Part shown: positions 14,945 through 26,841 of the stretch, one piece after another
Numbering within the stretch: position 1 is the stretch's first letter
Layout of the letters: every line of letters begins with the position of its first letter
From: Collodictyon triciliatum
Lineage: Eukaryota
Reading direction: 5' to 3'
Length of the DNA stretch: 32,103 nt
NCBI GenBank assembly: GCA_043381765.1
Contig: JBHJMP010000050.1
Location: 1 to 32,103 of the forward strand
Translations under genes and position numbers: made by a program
The notes under the pieces: model-generated
Database searches by the model: none
What the model saw: the letters and a program-made list of their open reading frames with translations, nothing else
Told to the model about the DNA's origin: nothing

Positions 14945-17060
14945 AAACAACAACAACAAAAACAACAACAACAAAAACAACAACAACAAAAACAACAACA
15001 ACAAAAACAAAAACAACAAAAACAAAAACAGAAACAAAAACAACAACAAAAACAAAAACAAAAACAGAAACAAAAACAAAAACAGAAACAAAAACAACAA
15101 AAACAACAAAAACAACAAAAACAACAACAACAGAGACAAAAGCAGAAACAAAAACAAAAACAAAAACAACAACAAAAAAAAAATATTAGCATATCAAGAT
15201 TATAGTGTGACCTTCTTGCTGTCGCTGCCAGCACCATTGTCCCCACCCGAGAGATCAAGTGACTTGGCATCCTTGTTGGACACTTTATCTGCCCAGCTTC
15301 TCCCGCTTTTCGAGCTTTTGGAGGGCATCGATGTTGGAGGTTGAGGCTTCTCTTTTCCTTTTTGTGTTCCACGAGGAGTCTCTTTGCCACGAGGGCCAAC
15401 TACAAATGGCAATCTGTAAGAGGTCTGCTTGCATAAAATGTTTCGTTGATGGTTAACTAGTATGTCAAAAGGGAATAAACGATGTGTCATGGACTCGTAT
15501 CTGAGTATAAGAGATATCAGCTTTATGGCTGCACTTCTATGGTATTACTCAAAGTTTCACAAGAGATTAAGGAAAATAAGAGGAATAACAAAATCAAAAA
15601 CAAAAATAAAAGGATAATATGAGACAGTAAAAAAGGATCAATTTACACCTCCTTTCGCTGCCAGGGCTTTAAGAGCCTCTTGAGGACTGACTTGCTGGGT
15701 ACCCGTATTGTCTGCGTCGCTAAGGGGCTGAATATGTGTGTGCATTTCGTTATCACTTTGACTATCATCAGCACTGGAGAAATTTAGAGCAGAATCCGAT
15801 CCTGCATACAAAATCGAATAGTCTTGTTATTTTCATAATAATAATTATTATTTAAAATTTTGAGAATAAAATTAGTGCGATTGTCCAACTTATACTATGA
15901 TGCGATGTAACTCTCACCTGATGGCTCCGGAGTTGCTGGAGTGGGCTCAAAATTACCTGCTCTCTCAATAGGCTTAACATTTTGAGTTCGGTTGGTGGAG
16001 CCCTGTTTTTTTTTTTAAAAAAAAAAGTATCATTACCAAACCCATAAAATCGTTTTTCTGAAGAAAACATGAAATGCAAAACAGAGAGAAAAGGTTCGTA
16101 TAGTATATACGTGAGTAATTGTATGGGCTTACATAGCGGTATTTCTCCTCGCATTGCCGCTGGAGAATCTTGAACTTTTCCTGGAGCTGGATGTACTTTT
16201 TGTCGGGTGTGTGGTTGATCATCTTTGATTGCGGAAGATTAAAAAGAAGTCCCATTTAGAGAAGAAAGTGCACACATCATTCTTATGGAAAAAAAATTAG
16301 GTGGTTAAATAGTAAATAGACTTATTTTTTATGATGGCGAGAGCTTTGGTATTAGGAAGGGAGGCCTACCTTGTAAAAATCAATCATGGCTGGCTTTCCT
16401 GACTGTTGGTAAAAGGACCGAAAAGTGTCTACGGCGATTCGCAAGAAGTCGTCAACATACAGGAGCTGAAGAACCTGTTCGTAAATCACCTGGAGAAACA
16501 TAAAATTACCCCCAAAAAATCCCATCTGGTATTGTAGTTGAGTAAATAAAAAGAGAAATGGATATTTCTCTCGCACGAAGTTATCCTCACCACAAAGATC
16601 ATATCCAGGTCATTTGCGACAAACCAGCGGACAGAGAAACGATCGACCGTGTAGGATGACTGTGCCACGCGTTGCTACACGTTTCAGTGGTGTCATCGAA
16701 AAGTTTTATCAAAAGACTTCGCTCGATCATTAAAAAAAAAGAAAGAAAAAAAGACAAACATACAACCAATAACAAAGTCTACCAAAATGAATCATTGAAA
16801 AGAAATAGGTGGGGACTATAAACGGGAATGGTTGGAGTTTGAATGCATCTCAACCGAGGTACGGATCGTAAGAGACTGATAAGCTTAAGTGACACTCGAA
16901 ACGAAGGGAGAAAGAACATTAGCAGGCTCACTTGAATGAGAATGTTGCGGATAAGATTATCCACAGGAGAAATCCTAGCAAGGGCTTCGCGGCTGGGCTC
17001 GGAACTCATGGACCAAAGAACAAGTCCGCCCGAAGTCAGGATGCAAAAGTATTCCAGCAT
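12031..17060 (-). CDS. SRPRA: Signal recognition particle receptor alpha subunit, 15 exons
   Basis: N-terminal SRX/longin region [16 protein letters not shown]...[18 protein letters not shown] GTPase motifs [70 protein letters not shown]. All introns GT-AG and phase-consistent; TAA at 12031-12033. Confidence 0.97.
12950..12982. repeat. (ATCATGGAA)x3 tandem repeat in an SRPRA intron
   Basis: Read directly (MISMISMI in the ORF track). Confidence 0.85.
14390..15182. repeat. Long (ACA)n/(AAAACA)n compound microsatellite in SRPRA intron 7, spanning a 100-N gap (14761-14860)
   Basis: Read directly; generates the poly-Thr/Leu/Cys ORFs. Confidence 0.95.
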
Positions 17061-19882
17061 TTCTCAAAGAAAAGGCTTTGTGCTCGGTTGGTTTGTGACT
17101 GTGAGGAAAAAGGCCATCGTTAAGAAAAGTACTGTCTGGAAATAGGGTTGGGCGGCGGTCGGCTGCTTCTGACGCGCTTTGTTGTGATGCGATTTTAAGT
17201 CTGCTTCTGATCAAATCGCAGCCATGATTGCTTGTTGGCTTTTGCTGGTCTGCAGAAGGTTCTGCTCAGTTGTGGAATTTATACATAAATGTTTACATAC
17301 TTTGTCAATGAAGCACATGCCATATTTTATACTAAAATAATTGGTCCGCATCGTATAAATATAATGTAAAGTTAAGAGCATTCTGATATCGGAAGCATCC
17401 GTTTTTATACAGCAAATCGGGAATCTACGTGGCCAGCGCGTGAGTGAGTGTTTCCTATCCTCCCTTTCAAGTATTCGGATTGTACTGGAATAATGGGGTC
17501 ATGGGCAGATTGCTCACATTCGCAGGTAACGAAGGCATTTCAGTGCTTGTGAAGTCCTTTGAGTTTGGGTTTAAGTGAGCAAATGGATTACATTAGTTTG
17601 ATACCAGCGAAATTACTTGAGAGCAAACAAAAAAAGAAATGAAAAAGAAGCAGCCACAGTAGACAGGCAATCAATACAGGGATACATGCTAATGAGTTAT
17701 CAGTTTCAGGTTGTCCTCCACTATTTCTCTGGTGACGCATTCGTATGATATTTTTTTTTCCTTTATTCGATTCAAAGTCGCATTCGTATGATATTGAATT
17801 CCACCAATTATTTTACAACATGGTCTCAGCTGTGGTAAATTTCATTGGAAGACAAGCCTATGGCCATTTGGATTATATGTCTTAAGATGCTTTACAGCAT
17901 AATTCAGACCAAGCGGCACGATGTCGAGCTTTCCTCGTCTCTAAGTTTAAAATGAGAGTCTCACATAATTTGAATCTAATAAAGGAGAAAGTTAGAGTTT
18001 CAAATATCTAAAGTTTATTCGCTCTATATATTCATGTAAATGTTCCTATTGTGAATTAAGTTTCTATTTGAGTATGGCTTGTAAGGGGACCTAGCATGTA
18101 TTTTTGTTTTTTGTTTTTCGAGAAAATCACAAAATGAGCATTCTCCCTGATAAATATTTTTCTTTTCATTTCGAAGGCGAGTATGATTCCTCTTTAAATG
18201 TCAAGCATGGCTTAAGTGCCGCACTTTGATTCCAAACATAATTTGCATGTATTTATCTTTGGAAATTCATTATCACTCGACTTAAACGAATGGCCATTAT
18301 ACGATTCACATCCGTAAAGGATAATGATAAAAAAAAAGAAAAAAGATTAGATTCTTGAAGATATTTTCCTTAGTGTTTATTTTCGTAAATTAGCCGTCAG
18401 CATCAGCCGTCCAACGATAATGTAATGAAGGCAATATGGATGAATAACTGCCATTGGCCTTAGTGGGTGTTAGGTGACTTCGGTTGTCAGAGGAATTCAT
18501 TTTGAATCATGTATGCCATAATTGCATATGTTTTTTTTTTTTCGCCATATGAATGAATATTCCAGGCTACAACACATTTACATATTTCGTAAATATGGAA
18601 AGGGGTTAGCCTGGATAACGTAGATTGAAATATTCCGGGGTTTGTGGCTTTGCATAGGGCGATACCAATTATCTTTGTCACCACACTACAAATGCGCTCG
18701 TAATCGGAAGGTTCCATTACCATGCGGGTTGATTCCCATGCAATGATACATTATCTTCCGCTTACTCAAGCACTATTATTACTATCTTGTTTACTCGCAG
18801 TCAGTTGCCATCATGCCAACCCCTACTATGGCAACCAAGGCTTGACGTGTGCAAAGTGTCATCACGCACCGCCGCACACAAAAGCAGAGTGCATCTCCAG
18901 AATTCCAGAAATAGATAGTACTTATCCAGATGTGTAGATTTTCTCTGAATGATGGCTGGCCAAAAGGTAAACGAAAAATAGGCCTGACTCGATCGGATTA
19001 ATCCACTGCGTGTCTTTCAAATACTCAGCCGGAAACCCACCCATGCGAAGCTGCCGGACACAGAACTCCACAGAAGCCTGCTGGACGAGAGACCGTGGGT
19101 TTCTGATTGAGATAACAGGAACAAGAGAAAAGAGAGAGGGAGCGAAAAAAAAAATTAAGATTGAGTGGAATAGCGTTATGGCAAGTGTGTCGGTTGTAGC
19201 GCTTCGTTGATCACTTTTGCCGACTGTTTTTCTTACGTTTTGTTTGCTGGCTGAAACATCCTCATACTCTGTTCTTGTTTTCTTGTTTCATTAAGCCGAC
19301 CACATCTCGCTTGTTTAACCAGTCGCTTAAATGAAAACGTGTCTGGGAAGAAAATATCTGTCTATTGCCGAAGGGCCTTCCAGTCGAGTTTTATATGTGC
19401 TGTTTTCATCTTTGCGTGGCCCTTGCGCCTGCTTCTCGATAATTCTTTTTTTTGTTGATATTATAATTTTAATTCATTCAGTAAATACAAAAAATGTGAC
19501 GCTTGTCTTTCATATTTTATTTTTAATAATAGAACTAATAATAATAATAATATTATTATTATTAAATAAAACCGAATAACAACAACCATAAAAACGAATA
19601 AAAATGAAACGAAATAAAAGCAACAGGATAATACCGCAGTTAGGAGAGATAAGCAGAATACTCCGACTCGCTGTGCTTTTTGGTGGGATTGAACTCAGTC
19701 TCGTCTGGTCTTGGTTAAATATATCTCAAGTCTGCATTTCATTTTGGTATTTATCGACCGTGTTCATCTTTTACCACAAGAAATACCTGTACATACATTC
19801 TGCCCGCGCATTAACTGACACTTTCCTTATCAAGGTTATTCCAGCCTTACCACCGGCATGTTTAAATTATTCCCATTTCACG

Positions 19883-22800
19883 ATGAAAGTAAGTCTCTTA
19901 TTTTTGCAGAAAGACATCCTCTGAAATTCATAGGATGATTGTTTTTTCTTTCCATCATGAACTTAGTATTATAACTCTCAATATCATTTTTTTTAAAAAA
20001 AAATCGTTGTTTGAAGATTAGTGTTAGACAATGATGAACACAAGAAGCTAGATGCATCTGTGGGCCCGATAGTTGCAATATAACTTCATAATACAACAAA
20101 AAAATGTAGATCAAGGAAATGTTTTCGATAGCATATTACATGAGGGCGTCAGCACAATCCAAAGTATAGACTCCCATTCAGAAAGGTTCAAAATAGGTTT
20201 GCATCAATATCAGTAAGCATATTAAATGGAACAATGTTTATGCTTTATCTTTTAATGCATGATTGATTTTTATATAAATATCAACCGTCAGAAATTGATG
20301 CTGCGCAAAGAAACCTCCCGCCTTTCTTAAAAGACTTTGCGAGCGATGATGTTACCTCCCAAATATATCCTTTGTTCCGGCCAAATGAATGGGAAAGACA
20401 CCCAGTAAGTTGGATAGACGTTTAGGACATCTACTTTTACATTTTATGTAAGGGAAGGAAAACACAATTTTTTTTCATTTAACAACAGTTGATATGGTTG
20501 TTTGTATCACTCACTAGACACTCCTGAATCTGGTGGAGTCGACAACGCGCAATCCATTAAATGATTTTTATGGTCCTTATGGCGAATCTGGCTGGTCTGC
20601 ATTGTCTGCAAACATTCGACAGCGGAGAAAGTCACGCCCCAAACAATCTGCTAGACTAGGTGGACATTTTTTGAAAGGGTCGTTGTCTGTTGTTCTTTGT
20701 TCCATTTCTTTTCTTTAGAAAATCATAGGATGACACAATAAAATACATGTATGTAGCTGATGTAGGCGAAGCGCCAGCAGTATCTAATCGAATAGACCAG
20801 AAATGTTTGTAAAGCCATCCTTTCTTTCTATTTACATACATATAAGCAAATATGATATCTTGATTCAGTCGACTTTATGATTCATCATATGCGGCTGCTC
20901 ACAGCTTCATGTCGTTTTTTCTAAATAGTAATAATAATCAACATTTAAGTGTCCGTAAATAACATTAGACTTCTCTTTATTCGGACCAACTCCTTATTCT
21001 GTTCAAGATAAGGTCGTCGTTTGTTCCCAGTGCTCTCGAGTTATTCGAAATTCACACTTTAAGGAGCATTCTGGTATTTCGATAATTTGATATACAACAA
21101 TCCATAAGCTTCATTTGATCCGAAGAAAGGACGAACTTTTAATGAACTTCATCTTTTATTGAAAAAAGACAATTGTTTTCTTGGAATGACACAATATAAG
21201 AACAAGAGGAAAGGGGTTGAATCCTACGGTAATACCTTGTCTTTCGATTTATTGTTTTTGTTTTTTTGTTTTTTTATTCATCTACATACCCCTCCTTGAA
21301 CGGCTTTTTTTTTAAAAAAAAAGAAAAAAAAGAAAAGAAGAAGCAAGCTGACATTTTCTTTATTTTCTTTTCGATTTTCTTTCCTTTCTTTAGAGAAAAT
21401 TCTTGATTTCAAGAAATCCAAACCAATCTCCGATGAAGCAATTGATGGTTTACAACTGTCTCCTATTATCAAAGCGGTATGGACACGTTGATTTATCCCC
21501 TTTTATAATGTATAAAGCATTTTCGAGTCTGTCTTACAATCTGCTCACCCTTTTTTTTTTTTTTAAAAAAAAAAAAAAGCCTAAGGAAGCAGCTAACCTC
21601 CGACTCATGGAATTTGTTGCTGAGATACAGTCAAAGCTTTCAAATAGCCAGGTACATATTCCGTATTCAAGATAGAATAGTGTGTTATCTTAAATAAATA
21701 AGTTAAAAAATACGAAGTAAAGAAAAAGGATGAAGGAGCCTATATCACTCTGCTGAAGCGTCAAAAACTATACTGAAATTATTTTGCGAAGGAGGAGCTC
21801 AAAAACGAGGAGCTTAGCTCAAGCATAGTGGATTCGTGGTTTTCGTTTCAAGGTGTGATTATTTCTACCCAATAACGATATCTCCTGATTCCATCTCGGT
21901 TGCTGCTGTATAACTTTTCTTTCTGGGACAATAGAAGAAGAGCCTATTGGTAACTCTGTTGCACCTGGAGACAGTAATTTCAATTTCTGTGTAGAGCAGC
22001 TCGTCTTGTTTCTTTTTTTTTTTTTAAAAAAAAAAACCATTATGGTCACTTCTCACATATATTTTTTTCAAGATGGATTTGACAACATAAATCCGGAAAA
22101 AACGTACCGCGCATATGATAACTTTCCATCGCAGAAGACGGTGTACCATGCACGCGGTATGCTGTCATATTATCGTTAAAGCCATTAGTTTGCAGGCCAA
22201 GAAGCCATCTCATGCATGCGCAATTAAATACATCAACCTCGAAACAGAGCCGAGTGAATTCCGTAGTGATGATATCCTGAGGTGGTCTGTTTCTTCAAAT
22301 CCAACAATCGGTCACGAAAAAGAGTTGCTAGAATCTTCATCTATGGATGAGAACAAATCTGATGAGCCGAATATATCACGCAAGTATTCAATTCTTGATT
22401 TGAAGGTATCATGGGGTACTTATTTCTATGCTAATCTAAAGGAATTATAAATTTACAAATATATTTTAATTTAAAAAATTGTCAAAAAAAAAAGTATGTC
22501 AGCATGCCGCAACCACAACAGCACGAGTTAGCTCTCCTCTAAGTGAGGACGGGTATCAAAATATACAAGAGTATTTCTGGGAAATAATCACCTTAGGTGG
22601 CTCGCAAAAAGAAACAACCCTACTGGATGCCGTCAAACTGATGTATGATTATGGAATCATGGAGTACAGGAGAAGCCACAACAAGTAATATCAAATTAAT
22701 ACCAATAATGATTGACCAGATTGCTTTAGTTCATGATTGACCTTGGCCCGGTCACCAAACCCTCTCAACTACAATAATCATATTATTTAATGTATGTCTA

Positions 22801-25776
22801 CCCATTTTCAGACGTAGCGAGACATTAAACATGGGTGTCATGTGTGGTGTTGAAAGTGACGGTGTCAAATGCACGCATTCACTGACATGCAAAAATCACA
22901 TGCTCTCTCAAAAGCGGAAGGTCAAAGATAGACCTGCACTATTTGACGAACTGTTATCTCTCGTATGTACTCATTCATTATTGTTACAACTTTTTTCAGT
23001 GTCCCTTTGCCCACAATAATTTGTTTGTTTTGCATCATTTGTTTAAAAAAATGAACGAAACTCTCACAAACCCACCAATAGTATTTTACTTTTAAACATG
23101 CACTGAGAAGGATTTTGTCTCTTTTCTTTTTTTTAAAAAAAAAATCCTAACTTTTTACTGTTTTACTCCATCCACTATCCACCCCGAAAAAAAAAAAGTA
23201 CAAAATCAGAAAATCTCTCAAAGTGCGTCAAATTGCGCGCTGCATCAATCCTGACTATGCACCAATCAAGAAGTCGAAAATCAGTCAAACAAGAAAAGAC
23301 AAAATTGACAATTCAAAGTCTAATGGCACATTACCGATTAAGTCACCGCCAACGCATGCGTTCAAAGTTCCACAAACCCCAGGAACCTTCGAATCACAAC
23401 AAAGTCCACTATTGTCCATCACACCCACTTACCCACAAACGCCCTTAAGTAATCCCGAGTTGAGTCCCTTTCACATCCCCGCCGAAGAGTTCACAGGTAG
23501 TCCTTCTGAATCAGCCGAGAACTCTGAGAAGCATTCTCCTTTCAAGAACCCGGCCAGGTTGGTCGATAACTGGAGAGCGACCATTCAGCCTCTTGCAACA
23601 AAGAACTATCGGAAGAAGGCCTCACTTGCTCTTGAAATTATACTGAAAGCTTTTGAAAGCAACAATCGAAACATGTGTGCAACGGATACTATAGTCAACG
23701 AGCCGGATATATCCGCGACCAATTTACCTTACAAATACACCAGCGATGCACATGGCACTGTACGGTCGATGCTTAATTCATACGAGGGCCTACAAAAAAT
23801 CGACCCTGCAACAGACGCCTCCCAAACTGATTGCGAGGCCATGATTTGTATGAGTCCTTTCGCCGAATTACACTCGCAAGAAACTGAGACATGCACTCGC
23901 ATCTTCGTCAACCGAGACGATGGGCGCACACAGCTTTCCTGGCCCGAGTCTCCGGTTCTTTGCTCGCTTCCCAGTCCCAGTATTTCACCTGAGCAGCTTC
24001 GGGACCTTTTTACGTTTGGAGACATCGCATTGACTTCTGCCCCCTTATTTAGTTTAGTGGACGATAGCAGTGCTTCAACTTCGTCTCTTTTATGTTTGGA
24101 GGAGGAATCCCTCCGCACGTCAAACACCCTTCAAAGCCCTCCCGCCCACCAAAGCATGGAGCTCTCAACTGATGTCGCGATGGAACGGCAAATCTCACAT
24201 CCCAGCCAAAGTAAAGGGCCAGGTACTCGTCCGTTATCTGACGACAGAGACGAGAGTTTCAATCATGTGCCAGTTGCTACCATCAAATTGCGAGCAAGGC
24301 TGCGTGCGGACGGAACCTGCCAGCCATCGTCTGATTCTGTGGAAAATACTCCGGTCCAATTATCAGCACAGCCGTCTCAGCAAAGGTCACAACCCTCGAA
24401 TCACAAGGCTGCCCTGCGACCTCCAAACATCCCCCAAACTCTTTTGCAACCGGTTGTGCTGGCCTTCCCCAATCGTGGGCTTGCTGGGCTGCGCACACCA
24501 AGCAGAGCCCATGGCTTCACCGCTCAGGATGTTTCGAGTGTACATGGCTCTCTAGACGTTACAGATCTGGTTAATCGAGAAGGCTCGTGGAATCCCGTTC
24601 GCCTTGCCTACACGCATTCCCATTTACAATCTGCCCCGGCCTCTGAAGATGCAGTTTCCCACACCACCCGAAATATTGCAAACGAAGAAAAGCAACAGCA
24701 ACAGCAGCAGCATCGCTTCGTCCAGGCCATTCCGATTCAGCAGTTTAGGTCTCTGCATAACTTCCAGCAGGTTCAGTTGCATAAGCTTCCTGAACACGCT
24801 GGCGTTGGACAACTGCAGGCCATCCAGGACCGGATTCCACCGCAGAAGCAGTTTCAGAAAGAAGACATATTGCAGTGGAGATTAGATAATCAGCACAGTG
24901 TGGCGCATCCTTTTCCTGTTTACAATGTAGTTTAATTATATTCTTTTCTTTTCTTTTCTTTTCTTTTCTTTTCTTTTCTTTTCTTTTCTTTTCTTTTCTT
25001 TTCTTTTCTTTTCTTTTCTTTTCGTTTGTTTGTTTGTTTGTTTGTTTGTTTGTTTGTTTGTTTGTTTGTTTGTTTGTTTGTTTGTTTGTTTGTTTGTTTG
25101 TTTGTTTGTTTCGTCTGTCATCTTAAATTAGACTCATTTTCTTCAGATGGAAACCTCTACATTGCCAGTAGCCAACCAAGGACACAGTTAGTCATTTATC
25201 TCGCGTAATTTGGTGTTGCATTTTTCTATGGATTGGAGTTTTATATTTGATTGCTGTTTTATGACCAGCCACCCACGACCTTCCTCTTCTCAAATTATTA
25301 CTCTGCTTACTCAGACAGAGACATGGCACTGAAGCAGATGAAAGGGAAGCTTGACTCACCAATGGCGCCTGCTTCGAGTATGCCTGTGCCTATGACCTCG
25401 CAGATGTCCAGAAGCGCCCCTCTTCAGGTTTCCAAATTATTTTGCGATAGTCATCATAGGATTTTTGAAAGAGAACTTTTGCAATGACAGAGTAGACTCT
25501 GGTCAAATAGAGCTAAATCTTGTGGTGTTTTTTGCTCGACTTGCATCATGTTTAAAGATGTTCTTTGCCCATTCGTCCGGCCGACAGGGTCTTAGCTTCA
25601 GTGCAAGGTCAGCAGCCATGGGATACTCAGTCCCCGCCCAAGGCATATCAGGTCATTCAATGCAGCCATCCATGAACGACGGGCGCTCCACAACTCCAGG
25701 TGTCTCATCACTCATACAGTCGATAACTCCAAACGCACAACCGCTCTCTGCTTTGGGAATCCTGCAGAATCATTAA
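19883..25776 (+). CDS. ATXN7: Ataxin-7 / Sgf73-like SAGA deubiquitination-module subunit, ~17 exons; start codon uncertain
   Basis: N-terminal zinc finger DFSLFGPTPYSVQDKVVVCSQCSRVIRNSHFKEHSDNC (exon 20969-21073 plus next). SCA7 domain CGVESDGVKCTHSLTCKNHMLSQKRKVKDRPALFDELL (22812-22962). Long Ser/Pro/Gln-rich exon from 23199; last exon ends TAA 25774-25776. The 5'-most and 3'-most exon boundaries are tentative. Confidence 0.85.
24941..25110. repeat. Adjacent (TTTTC)n and (GTTT)n microsatellites in an ATXN7-like intron
   Basis: Read directly. Confidence 0.95.
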
Positions 25777-26841
25777 CCTCCTTAAAGCAGGTCGCGTAGT
25801 AAAGATTTTCTAAAGATAGTTCCTCAACGCCTTAGTTCTTGCAAACGGCGAGAAAGCTCCGATTGGACCTGTGCAATATATAGTGTCGACATCACAAGCA
25901 GGACTGTCGGATATCAAAGTTGTCATGCAAAGAGGCGCTAATCACCAGCAAATTGACCTGAAAGCAGAGGTTTTAACTATTTTCTTAAAAATAATAATAA
26001 TGTAATTAAAGTATTCTCCCTCAAATACATACAATTATTCATCTCTCAGGTTCCATCTGAGTTGAGGTCATGACGGAATCAAGTTCCCACGGAATGAACT
26101 GCAATATTTTCCAATTCACCCACTAAGCATCAATGCCACGAGAAATCTCTGCGACGCTATGAAAAATCATAGTAGTTTTGTTTTTTGTTTTTCTTTCTCT
26201 TTTCCTTCTGAGCAAGGCCCTGACTCCTGTATTATGATAGATATCTTATTTTAAAAAAAATTACGTTTTATTACTTTATCTGTATCTGTCGGAATTAATC
26301 TCATGTATAAGTAACTCTGAATGCCTTTTACTTGCATTCCCTGCCCGGATTCTCAAGTTTCTTTACTGATATCCACCCCAGTGATTCACTCCCCTTTCAC
26401 ATTCATTTATATTTCTCTCACTATGCCCCAATATTTTTAATCTTCAAAACCAAATTAAGTGCTATTTAATTCTGTCTTTCTATACCACGAAGTGGCCCTT
26501 GCTAGCTTGCGAAGTGTCTCTTGTAATGACATATGTTTCAGCTATAAAGAGCACAGTTGAAATATTCCTTGATGAAGAGCACAGGAGTTGGGAAAATAGC
26601 CATAGTAATACTTTATAATAATATAGATTACAATATCTGCTCGGATGCCGTGTTGAAACACATTTCCAGGAACGAATCACTCTCACATCAGTGGTGCAAC
26701 ACTGATGCCTGTTTTTATGTGCTCTTTTATTTCAATCGATGGTTTTATTATAGCGGTGAAGAGAGCTGCTTTAAAAAGAAAAAAGAAACTAATCAGGGCC
26801 CATCAAGAAAAGCGAAGAAAATCAGTGGAAAAGAGAGGCGT

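Noticed and set aside
14333-15399. Long poly-Thr, poly-Leu and poly-Cys ORFs
   Set aside because: Translations of an intronic microsatellite across an N gap.
17510-17582. TTGCTCAC/GTGAGCAA inverted repeat as a structured ncRNA
   Set aside because: Only 8 bp with a long spacer and no recognisable RNA family motif.
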